A DNA stretch of 18,188 nucleotides from the IMG/VR virus record IMGVR_UViG_2671181094_000006. One strand, given 5' to 3'. The translations under genes and the position numbers were made by a program. Source of the DNA: a virus. Its lineage: Duplodnaviria; Heunggongvirae; Uroviricota; Caudoviricetes. How positions within the stretch are numbered: position 1 is the first letter of the stretch; every line of letters starts with the position of its first letter. This document shows positions 6,945 to 14,190 of this stretch, piece after piece. Below the pieces are notes generated by a model that was given only the letters and a program-made list of their open reading frames with translations, made no database searches and had not been told where the DNA came from.

Positions 6945-7130
6945 CTACCTGCGCGGCGCTGGCTTCTTCCACTGGTAGGCAGGCGCTCGCATCATCTCCC
7001 CGAACCGTTTACGCCGGACTGTATCAGCTTCAATAATACGTTCCATCTCCCGAACCTCTACCGGGGTAAGCTGGTGGCCTTCATGCTCCATTTTGGCAGC
7101 GGTCAATAAAGCTATTTCGCGTGGTGTCAT
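6945..7130 (-). CDS. Small protein (61 aa) with a conserved C-terminal APAYQWKKPAPRR tail, module B
   Basis: ATG start with AAGGG upstream. The C-terminus is shared with the 1904-2095 product. Confidence 0.65.
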   Translation of the reverse strand: MTPREIALLTAAKMEHEGHQLTPVEVREMERIIEADTVRRKRFGEMMRAPAYQWKKPAPRR

Positions 7131-7337
7131 ACGCCATACCCTTTGGAAGGATGAAACACGCCCGGATTAAATTTTATTTTTCGCGGGTATAAACATTCGA
7201 TGAGGCGGGCAGTGCTTAAGGCTCAGGATTGCAGAGATTTGGCCTCCCCCTCCCGGTGATAGTTTATTGCTTGATGTGGACGGCTTGCTATATTGGCGGA
7301 GAATGCAAATTGTCGCAGAAGTCTATCCCGCTCCCTG

Positions 7338-7363
7338 ACGCCCCGTGCGGGCGTTTTGCTTTT
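7338..7363 (+). terminator. Plus-strand-oriented intrinsic terminator
   Basis: The stem is ACGCCC (7338-7343) / GGGCGT (7349-7354) with a 5-nt loop, followed by TTTTGCTTTT. The U-tract is present only on the plus strand, although the adjacent coding genes are on the minus strand. Confidence 0.45.
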
Positions 7364-7973
7364 ACAAAGTCAGGCCAATGCCTCTGGCTGCTTTCCCCGT
7401 CTTACGCTCAATCACGCCCGTGATTCTATCTACTACCGGACTGAATGCCTGCCAGTAAGCCATCTCCATTGCTGACAACTCTGCCCGCTTCCTGTCAAAC
7501 GTAGCCCAGCGCATCCCCTTTGGTTTTGGGAACATGCGAATATCATTAAACAGGTTATTGGTAAGGTCATTGTTGCCCCATATCGCGCATCGCTGCTGGC
7601 GTATCTTCATTCGCATCCTGTCCAGTCTGTCGGCGCTCTGGCTTTTATAGTGGAGTTTCCAGCATCCCCGGCAGCCAATATCTTTTTTGCCGATATACAG
7701 CTTCGCTACCCGCTTTATGCAGTGGGGACAGACGTACCATTCCCGCACACCATACCCGGCTTGTGTGGTCGTGGTTCTGATTGCCCGTGTAACGCCGTTG
7801 ATTGTCATGGCGTAGCTGTCGGCTTGCCGGAAGGTATAAAACGTTCCGCTTTCGGTCTGGGTATAAAGCTGCGTCCCCGGTTCGGCGTCCGCCAGCCTGC
7901 TACGCATGTGCGCAAGGAATGGCAACCCTATGCGGGGCAGGTCGGTGGTATAGCTGCGTGTTCTGCCTCTCAC
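7362..7973 (-). CDS. Zinc-ribbon protein (203 aa), hypothetical
   Basis: The GTG start at 7973 has AGGAGG 7 nt upstream. The motif is CPHC-X15-CRGC (WYVCPHCIKRVAKLYIGKKDIGCRGCW). Confidence 0.8.
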   Translation of the reverse strand: MRGRTRSYTTDLPRIGLPFLAHMRSRLADAEPGTQLYTQTESGTFYTFRQADSYAMTINGVTRAIRTTTTQAGYGVREWYVCPHCIKRVAKLYIGKKDIGCRGCWKLHYKSQSADRLDRMRMKIRQQRCAIWGNNDLTNNLFNDIRMFPKPKGMRWATFDRKRAELSAMEMAYWQAFSPVVDRITGVIERKTGKAARGIGLTL

Positions 7974-7993
7974 TGGCTGGCCTCCTGTGAATT

Positions 7994-8405
7994 ACTGCGA
8001 ATCAAACTGCGAATGCGCAAAAATGAATACGAAATAATATGCGTATTTTACTGTAAATTGCGCACCAGTTTTGCAATTTCACATCAATAAAGCCAGTAAC
8101 CGCGCGGGTTGAGGATGGTTTGCGCATTGGTATCCGTTTCGTTTTGCGCAGATTTTTTGTGAACTGCGCAAATCGCATTGCCGCCGTTAGAATCCGTCAG
8201 ATGGTACGCACGCTGAATGCGCAGTTTTGCCGCGTACCTGACTGCGTACTGCGAACCAGTGGCGCGAACCAGAATATTATGGACAACCTAAATCACGTTC
8301 TGGCTTCCAGCCCGCGACTGGCGCGGTTCTCTCTTCATATCGGCTTTGAGTCTGTCCAGTACAGTCCAGAATTTACAGCCGTTTTAGTGCGAACATTACT
8401 GCGAA
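7994..8405. repeat. Dense array of TGCG(A/C)A motifs filling the perC-like / zinc-ribbon intergenic region
   Basis: Eleven exact copies start at 7996, 8008, 8014, 8059, 8121, 8145, 8165, 8218, 8250, 8388 and 8400. One-mismatch variants start at 8040, 8205, 8243 and 8263. Six copies extend to ACTGCG.A. Paired units 12 bp apart sit at both ends of the array. GCGAACCAG is repeated at 8251 and 8264. Confidence 0.65.
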
Positions 8406-8707
8406 CAGTCGCCCCCGATGGTGGCCTGTCGTTGCTTCTTGCCGCCATTTAACCGGAAGGCGTTACCGTTCGGTTGCGCTATCCCCATGCGGTGTTGCGT
8501 TTCGGTAACAGCTTTATGCAGATCGCCAAAGTCCTCAACCTTCACGGGCGGGCGCTTCACGTTCTCCAGACACGTTTCACGGCGGCGCTTTATCCATTCC
8601 CGATCATCGTCCTCGGTGCATAACAGCATGACTTCCATCCATCGCGCGGCGGCGCGTCGGTACAGCCCTTTTGCTTCCAGATCCTCGGCTTTACTGTCGT
8701 TTACCAT
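8396..8707 (-). CDS. PerC-family-like transcriptional activator (103 aa)
   Basis: From memory, the N-terminus MVNDSKAEDLEAKGLYRRAAARWMEVM resembles PerC/Pch-family prophage proteins. GAGGGGGA SD. The family call was not verified by search. Confidence 0.65.
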   Translation of the reverse strand: MVNDSKAEDLEAKGLYRRAAARWMEVMLLCTEDDDREWIKRRRETCLENVKRPPVKVEDFGDLHKAVTETQHRMGIAQPNGNAFRLNGGKKQRQATIGGDCSQ

Positions 8708-8718
8708 GTGTATCCCCC

Positions 8719-9180
8719 TCAGAATGGATCTTCATCATCAAACGGCGGGCGCTGGTCAAAATCATCAGGGGTGTTATATAGCTCCCATCCCGGCGCGGAT
8801 TGTGTTGCGTGGCCTCTGCTGGCTCCGCTTGCTTTGACTGATTCGGCCCGCTTCCCGCCAGGGCGTACCGTTCTGGCGCTGATTACACTGTCGGCTACTA
8901 CCTGATAACCTTGCTGTATACCGCCATCCTTGCCCGTCCACTGATTGACCTGCATCGCTCCGGCAACACTGACTAAATCGCCTTTAACGTGTCCTGCCAG
9001 TGCGTCGGCCTGTTTGCCGAATGCCACCACGCCCAGCCAGAAAGTAACCTCTCCGCCCTCTGCTGCATGGCATGGCAGTGCCACCGCTAAACGCCCCATT
9101 GCCATGCTTGTACCGTTTGCTGTGGTGCGGGTCTGCGGGTCTGCGACTAAACGCCCGTAGGCTGATATCTGTGCTGTCAT
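8719..9180 (-). CDS. ssb: Single-stranded DNA-binding protein
   Basis: OB-fold-like N-terminus (GRLVADPQTRTTANGTSMAMGRLAV...). Gly/Pro-rich linker. Acidic C-terminal tip FDDEDPF, comparable to DDDIPF of E. coli SSB. Confidence 0.88.
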   Translation of the reverse strand: MTAQISAYGRLVADPQTRTTANGTSMAMGRLAVALPCHAAEGGEVTFWLGVVAFGKQADALAGHVKGDLVSVAGAMQVNQWTGKDGGIQQGYQVVADSVISARTVRPGGKRAESVKASGASRGHATQSAPGWELYNTPDDFDQRPPFDDEDPF

Positions 9181-9284
9181 TTTGCGAATACCTCGAATTA
9201 TTAGTTTTGCTAATGAAGATTACCCGGCTCCGTCTTATTGTGGGACACCTTCGCCAGATTTTTTTGTATATAAACAAAAAAGTT

Positions 9285-9541
9285 GGTGGTTCAGGTGGTT
9301 CAGTGGTTCAGTACCCCTCTAGGCCGCGCCATCTCTGGGTTTTGCTGAACCACCTTTTAAATTTATCTGGTGGTTCAGTCGCCCTTCTTGGTGGTTCACT
9401 GCCAGCCAGTGAAAATAATCCGTTTCTCTCTGGTGGTTCAAAATACCCGTTTGGTGGTTCAGTGGTGGTTCACTTTCTTACAAAAAAACATTATAAATCA
9501 ATAACAATTACTTACTGAACCACTGAACCACCTGAACCACC
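9285..9541. repeat. Iteron-type replication origin of the island
   Basis: There are twelve copies of (T)GGTGGTTCA. A triple tandem at 9285-9311 and its exact 27-bp reverse complement at 9515-9541 bracket five direct copies (9369, 9390, 9432, 9453, 9464) and one inverted copy (9346). An AT-rich tract spans 9476-9514. The field lies between the primase-helicase and ssb genes. Confidence 0.8.
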
Positions 9542-9567
9542 ACAAAAAACCTCGCACGTGAAAAAGA

Positions 9568-12345
9568 TTATTGCTCTGGCTGGCTTTCCTCCCCATCCGG
9601 CAGGAATTGCAAAACGTAAACGTTAATCTGCCTCCCCTGAATGCGCGGGCTTTTCCTCTGAAATTTTTTTCCGTCTGCCGAAGGGGTAAGCATCCCCGAT
9701 TCTTTCAGGACGCGGGCCACCTGCTGCCTGTTAAACCCCTTAGCAATATCCTTATCGAAAGTGTCGGGGAACGTGTAAAACGTTATCGGTGAATCGTCAT
9801 GATTTCCGCGCTGCCTGTATCCAGCCAGATTATGAATCGGCAGGCTGGCGGGGTCGTAAGGCAGCGGCGCGAATCGACTCAGGCCATAGGCATTTAAAAA
9901 TGCCTCCGCCTGCTCGATGATCTGCTGGTGCTCTTTGTTCCCCGTGCCGAACTCTTTTAGCCATGCGTTATAGGCGTGCTGTATCGCATCCCGGCACGTT
10001 TGAGCATCCCAGCCAGTAACCACGCCACCCATCAGTAAAGCGGCCTCCAGAATGGCAAATCTTGCCCCTACACGGTGAACCTGTTCCCCATAGTCGGCAG
10101 GAATTAGACTGCGCCAGCGGGCCTCACACTCACGAACGGCATCAATCGCCTGTTGCTGGTGGTCTGAAAGCCATCTGATCCACTCCCTCCCGGCAGCGCC
10201 ATGATGGTTCTGGTAAGCGTCTTTCAGCGCGTCGGCGTGGTCTCTCCCTGTCTGGTACTCATGAAAGCGCACCGCCTTACTCAGCGGGATATTCAGCAGT
10301 CGCACCAGTTGCCCCGCTTTTGTCTTGCGTCCTGCGGTGGAGATGAACGTTTCTAAATCCATTTCCCCGGTGCTGATTGCCACGGTGCGCCAGCGTTTCA
10401 GATCCCGGTTGCCTCCTTCCTTTGCTCCCTGCAATTTCCCCACGCCGTTAAACAGGGCATAGGCAGACTGAGCAACGCTTATCGGGTCTGCGCCCTGTCC
10501 GACTTCATCCAGTGGCATCAGCCCGTCATTGTGGGCGGCGGCCTCGTTTATCAGCCCCAGCGCCGTTCCGTACCACGTCAGGCGCAAGGCATCAGGGTTG
10601 CCATAAAGACTGCTCGCCACGTTCTGCGTGGTTGTTTTCCCGGCGCTCGATTGCTCGTAAAAATGAATCCCGAAGCCGTCACGCTCCGCCAGCCCGATTA
10701 ACGGTGCTGCAAGTGCGGCGGCAATGCCTGTCATCATCGCGTAGTTACCGTATGCCAGACGCGCAACACTCTTACGCCAGCTCTCTGAGGTTCCCGCCAC
10801 GGTGTACCCGGCAGCGGCAGAACTGCGGCCACTGAATAAAACGGGTTGTGCAGGTGCGCCGATAATCTCCCCGTCCGGCATGATGTATGCCCCGCACTGC
10901 CAGCCAGTAGCGTGAGCAACACGCCACAATTCACGTGAGCCGCTACGCTGTAACCAGTCAGCCAGAATCGCCCGCAAGCTGCTTTTGGTGGTGACGTTAA
11001 CCCCGCCCGCTTTCAGGGTGCGCCAGCCTTCGCGCTCCCCGATATCAGCCAGGGGGATAGCCGCTGTTGTCGGTATGCCTGCGCCAAAGGCCAGCCAGCG
11101 TAATATCAGATACTGATCCTTGTCGTCCCGCCCGGTGCCGATAACGTCCATCGGTGAGGCCAGCCAGCTTTCATTGTTGATAATCTCGCCGCTTTCCTTG
11201 TCCACTTTAGGCGTGATCCAGTAAACGCCATCTTTGCGGCTCTCAATGCGGGGTTTTAGCGGGTCTTTCTCTGGCTGGTCAGTTTTACCGCCCTCAATGG
11301 CCTGTAGTTGTGGTTTCACGCATTCCCCCTGCGGCTGGTACATCGAATCATTAAACGCAGCCGTAGCGACTTCCAGCCCGTGTTGCTGGTGGTAGTCGTT
11401 CCAGTCAGCTTTGCTGTCAGTCGGTGGCAGCGATACCCAGCCAGCCACGGATAAAGCCGCTTTCTCTGCGGCCTCCTTCCCGATGTTGGTGGCTCCGGTT
11501 TCGGAGGCTGCTGTAGGGTGGTCGTTATCTGCGGCGATAATAATTTGCGACTGCGGGTGTTTCCGGCGCATTACTCCGGCAACGTGGATCAGGTTCCCGG
11601 CGTCAATTGCCGCCACTGTGAGCGCGTCAGGCCGCATCTGGTGAACGGACAGGGCGGTAGCCAGCCCCTCGGCAATCACGACGCTTTGAGGCCGTTCCAG
11701 CGCGTTTACGGCGTAATATGCCCCGCGCTTTGCCGATCCCTTAATGAGTCGCTTTTCTCCCTGCGGGGTGATGGTCTGCGCGGCTGTGACTGCGCCGGAT
11801 TCATCCACCAGCTCCAGCAATAACGAACCATCGGGCATAAGCGGGTATTTAAACCCGGTCAGCCCTTTTGATTGCAGGTACTCAGATTCTCCCTGTATGG
11901 ATCTCAGGCGCATTCCGGTATACAGACGGGCAAACGTAGCCCTTCGCTGATCTGCGTCCTCTGCTGCCTGTTTCTGGCGCTCCTGCTCACGCTGCTGGCG
12001 GTCTGCGGCTAACTGCCTCTGTCTCTGGCTGGCAGCGTCTGGTGCTGATTCTGCGGCCCGGTAATCAATACCCAGCACATCAGCGGCAAGCTGTGCCGCC
12101 TCCGTGGTGTCGCAGTTGTTCACCTTCTTAATCAGGTCTAAGCCATCGCCCGCGCCGCACTGGTTGCAGATAAAGCTGCCGCGCCCGTTGTCGTCGAATC
12201 TGAAACGGTCTTTCCCACCACATGCAGGGCAGGGGGCATGGCGGCGCGATGAATCAGGAACGTCGATAGACAATCCGGCCAGCACATAAGGCCATCGCCC
12301 TGCTGCGGCGCTGGTCACTTCGCGGATAAGGTCGATATTACGCAT
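9568..12345 (-). CDS. Primase-helicase replication protein (zinc-binding domain + Toprim + P-loop NTPase), P4-alpha / PICI Pri-Rep type
   Basis: 925 aa. Zinc motif CPACGGKDRFRF...CNQCG. Toprim residues VVIAEGLATALSV and IIIAADNDH. Walker A SSAGKTT and Walker B LMPLDEV. GGGAGGT SD. Confidence 0.95.
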   Translation of the reverse strand: MRNIDLIREVTSAAAGRWPYVLAGLSIDVPDSSRRHAPCPACGGKDRFRFDDNGRGSFICNQCGAGDGLDLIKKVNNCDTTEAAQLAADVLGIDYRAAESAPDAASQRQRQLAADRQQREQERQKQAAEDADQRRATFARLYTGMRLRSIQGESEYLQSKGLTGFKYPLMPDGSLLLELVDESGAVTAAQTITPQGEKRLIKGSAKRGAYYAVNALERPQSVVIAEGLATALSVHQMRPDALTVAAIDAGNLIHVAGVMRRKHPQSQIIIAADNDHPTAASETGATNIGKEAAEKAALSVAGWVSLPPTDSKADWNDYHQQHGLEVATAAFNDSMYQPQGECVKPQLQAIEGGKTDQPEKDPLKPRIESRKDGVYWITPKVDKESGEIINNESWLASPMDVIGTGRDDKDQYLILRWLAFGAGIPTTAAIPLADIGEREGWRTLKAGGVNVTTKSSLRAILADWLQRSGSRELWRVAHATGWQCGAYIMPDGEIIGAPAQPVLFSGRSSAAAGYTVAGTSESWRKSVARLAYGNYAMMTGIAAALAAPLIGLAERDGFGIHFYEQSSAGKTTTQNVASSLYGNPDALRLTWYGTALGLINEAAAHNDGLMPLDEVGQGADPISVAQSAYALFNGVGKLQGAKEGGNRDLKRWRTVAISTGEMDLETFISTAGRKTKAGQLVRLLNIPLSKAVRFHEYQTGRDHADALKDAYQNHHGAAGREWIRWLSDHQQQAIDAVRECEARWRSLIPADYGEQVHRVGARFAILEAALLMGGVVTGWDAQTCRDAIQHAYNAWLKEFGTGNKEHQQIIEQAEAFLNAYGLSRFAPLPYDPASLPIHNLAGYRQRGNHDDSPITFYTFPDTFDKDIAKGFNRQQVARVLKESGMLTPSADGKKFQRKSPRIQGRQINVYVLQFLPDGEESQPEQ

Positions 12346-12359
12346 TCGTGTTACCTCCC

Positions 12360-12986
12360 TCAGTGCGCCGCTGGCATTTCAGGCAAGCCGTTTTCATTCA
12401 GATCGGCAATGAATCCATCGTGTAGCTCTGCCAGCGTTTCACGCCCGAACGGGGTCAATTCCCCGCGCTCCGTGTCGATCATGGCCTGATAAAAAACAAT
12501 GGCGTTCGCTGTTCCCTGCTCAATGCCGTAGCGCTCAATCATTGCGCCCTCCATGTTGTTAGCCATCGCCAGACGTTCCGCGAACGGGTAAACCACAATC
12601 CCCGCCGTGCCATTTGAATAAAACGTCACCAGCGACGATTTGCCGTCATCCTCCGTGATGGTGGTTGTGCCGTTTTCGCGCTTCATCTCAGAAATGAACG
12701 TCGCAGCAATCAGCCAGCGCCACATAGTGACGTTATGCTGCGCGGTAAAGTCGAACCAGCCACGCGCCCCGCCATCAGCAACGGCAAAATGTATGGCGTA
12801 TCCGATATCTGGCTTGTCGTCGTACTCTCCGGCGTCAAGGCCGTTCACGGCGCTCTCGTAGCTGATAAGAGCAACCAGCTCAAATCCCCCGGCATCATTG
12901 CGGGTCATGATATTGACGCCGTGCGGTGTGGCTTCGGCGCGTAATACGTCGTCATTTCCCGGTGTGAATTTCTCTACGTTGCTCAT
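12360..12986 (-). CDS. Hypothetical protein (208 aa) immediately upstream of the primase-helicase
   Basis: Its ATG overlaps the previous stop (ATGA). It sits 14 nt before the primase gene. I recognise no family. Confidence 0.8.
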   Translation of the reverse strand: MSNVEKFTPGNDDVLRAEATPHGVNIMTRNDAGGFELVALISYESAVNGLDAGEYDDKPDIGYAIHFAVADGGARGWFDFTAQHNVTMWRWLIAATFISEMKRENGTTTITEDDGKSSLVTFYSNGTAGIVVYPFAERLAMANNMEGAMIERYGIEQGTANAIVFYQAMIDTERGELTPFGRETLAELHDGFIADLNENGLPEMPAAH

Positions 12987-13195
12987 GCTTTGCCGTCCAG
13001 ACTCAAATCCATATCAACTAACTCGCCTTCTACTGAATCCATCAGCTCGGGGATACCATCCAGAAGGGTAATGACTGCGCCAATAAGATGATCCGTGCCG
13101 CTATCTTTTTTAATCGGTGCTTCAAGCCAAAGAGAAAGAACTTGCTGCGCTTGCTTGATACGGCAGGCTGAATCAATCAGGGATAACTTGCTCAT
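12983..13195 (-). CDS. Small hypothetical protein (70 aa)
   Basis: ATGA start/stop overlaps at both ends. It is preceded by the conserved junction GGAGGGCAGCGCATGA. Confidence 0.65.
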   Translation of the reverse strand: MSKLSLIDSACRIKQAQQVLSLWLEAPIKKDSGTDHLIGAVITLLDGIPELMDSVEGELVDMDLSLDGKA

Positions 13196-13452
13196 GCGCT
13201 GCCCTCCCGATACTCGCGCATCTTCGTTAGTTCATCAGCCAGGCGATTAACTTTGCGCTCGGTTCTAATGGTTGCGCATCTCAATTCGGTGATTAATGTC
13301 GCAAGTCTGGCACCATAAAGCGGATTGGCGGCACGTAATGGCCCGTCCAGATAAAGATTCCATAACTCAAGCAATTCACTGGCATAGCGCACCGCTGCCG
13401 TTGCGTCACCTGTCGGGATTGTTTCTGGTTCAATTACGGCGACTGTATTCAT
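13192..13452 (-). CDS. Small hypothetical protein (86 aa)
   Basis: ATGA overlaps at both ends. It ends in EGSA, like the upstream gene. The conserved junction sequence provides the SD. Confidence 0.65.
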   Translation of the reverse strand: MNTVAVIEPETIPTGDATAAVRYASELLELWNLYLDGPLRAANPLYGARLATLITELRCATIRTERKVNRLADELTKMREYREGSA

Positions 13453-13712
13453 GCGCTGCCCTCCGCATCAATACGGGCTATATCGACAATCGCCAGGACT
13501 TTATCCAGCCAGCAATGCACGATGGCCGCCTGCTCATCGTCGAGGCGTGGTGCCAGCTCAGTCATAACGTAAGCCAGACCATTACGGGCGCGGGTCATGC
13601 GTTCCGCGGTACGCTCTGCCAGCGTAAAATCTTCCGGGTAGGGTTGTTCACGGGATAACATCGCCTCGGCCTGAAGCACTGCAGGATGGAGATAGATAGT
13701 GTGAATGTTCAC
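13449..13712 (-). CDS. Small hypothetical protein (87 aa)
   Basis: The GTG start overlaps the previous stop (GTGA). AGGAGG lies upstream. It ends in EGSA. Confidence 0.62.
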   Translation of the reverse strand: MNIHTIYLHPAVLQAEAMLSREQPYPEDFTLAERTAERMTRARNGLAYVMTELAPRLDDEQAAIVHCWLDKVLAIVDIARIDAEGSA

Positions 13713-13888
13713 GCTGCCACCTCCTGAACACGGGTGATGCGAACGTGTTTATAACCGCCCTGCTGCGCCAATAACTGAGCGGTCGATTTGGCTGTATCCG
13801 GGCTGGCACCGGTCAGGGTGTAGTGAATGCCGACGGTGTTACCGCGCTTATTAACCGCGTATCCGTCAATCTGGAAGGTTTTACGCAT
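13709..13888 (-). CDS. Small hypothetical protein (59 aa)
   Basis: I chose the ATG at 13888 (MRKTFQIDGYAVNKRG...), with GGAGG 6-7 nt upstream. It overlaps the Icd-like stop by 8 nt. The upstream part of the track ORF is Cys/Arg-rich junk. Confidence 0.6.
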   Translation of the reverse strand: MRKTFQIDGYAVNKRGNTVGIHYTLTGASPDTAKSTAQLLAQQGGYKHVRITRVQEVAA

Positions 13889-14084
13889 GACGCACCTCCG
13901 ACACCGGCAGGCGAGCAGCCAGAGAGAGGATAAAGTGCGGCGCCAAAATGCGGCGGGCGTCACGTTCGGTTGCGGCCTCGACGGACAGGCGGCAGGGAGT
14001 GGCCTTTTTGTCGTGACGGTTGAGCGCCAGAAAGCGCCAGATGTAGTTGTTCCGCCCTTGCGGGTGTGTGATATGATCGTTCAT
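13881..14084 (-). CDS. Icd-like (host cell division inhibitor-like) small protein, 67 aa
   Basis: This is the C-terminal segment of the spurious 391-aa ORF. MNDHITHPQGRNNYIWRFLALNRHDKKATPCRLSVEAATERDARRILAPHFILSLAARLPV matches, from memory, the Icd-like family pattern (YIWRF.A......A.PC...VEA..E..AR..LAPHFILS.AARLPV). The ATG at 14084 has a GAGG SD. Confidence 0.72.
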   Translation of the reverse strand: MNDHITHPQGRNNYIWRFLALNRHDKKATPCRLSVEAATERDARRILAPHFILSLAARLPVSEVRHA

Positions 14085-14190
14085 AGCTGCCTCGTTATCT
14101 ACGCTAACGTTGGTGGTTAGAGGCCCGTTGGTGTTGTCGCACCTGCGGGCTTCGCTGTTTTTGTGCCTTACCTGTGCTTTAGCTGTGGAT

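Noticed and set aside
7229-7475. Two plus-strand ORFs of 60-64 aa in the 7131-7361 intergenic region
   Set aside because: No SD. They run into and antisense to the zinc-ribbon gene, and they span the plus-strand terminator hairpin. I considered a hand-spotted 11-codon mini-ORF at 7303-7338 (ATG at 7303) but found no support for it.
8120-8452. 110-aa plus-strand ORF inside the TGCG(C/A)A array
   Set aside because: The frame is kept open largely by the repeated GC-rich motif itself. It has no SD, an Arg-rich low-complexity product, and it overlaps the perC-like 3' end. I treat the region as non-coding.
8418-9518. Plus-strand ORFs opposite perC-like, ssb and the ori (8418-8837, 8708-8905, 8945-9160, 9072-9518), and minus-strand 8984-9277
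   Set aside because: They are antisense to, or out of frame with, strongly supported genes. The 9072-9518 frame is held open by the GGTGGTTCA iterons (Gly-Gly-Ser repeats), which is an artefact of the repeat.
9285-9541. Possible CRISPR array, given many short direct repeats
   Set aside because: The repeat unit is only 9-10 bp. Spacing is irregular (0 to ~30 bp). Copies occur in both orientations with a 27-bp inverted-arm symmetry. There are no cas genes. The pattern is an iteron origin, not CRISPR.
9571-12289. Several 60-107-aa ORFs on the plus strand, or in other frames, inside the primase-helicase gene (e.g. 10512-10835, 10734-10934, 11411-11644, 11518-11823, 11744-11950, 12104-12289)
   Set aside because: All are nested in a strongly supported 925-aa gene. 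They are Arg/Ser/Pro-rich, as is typical of antisense frames in GC-rich coding DNA, and have no SD or motifs.
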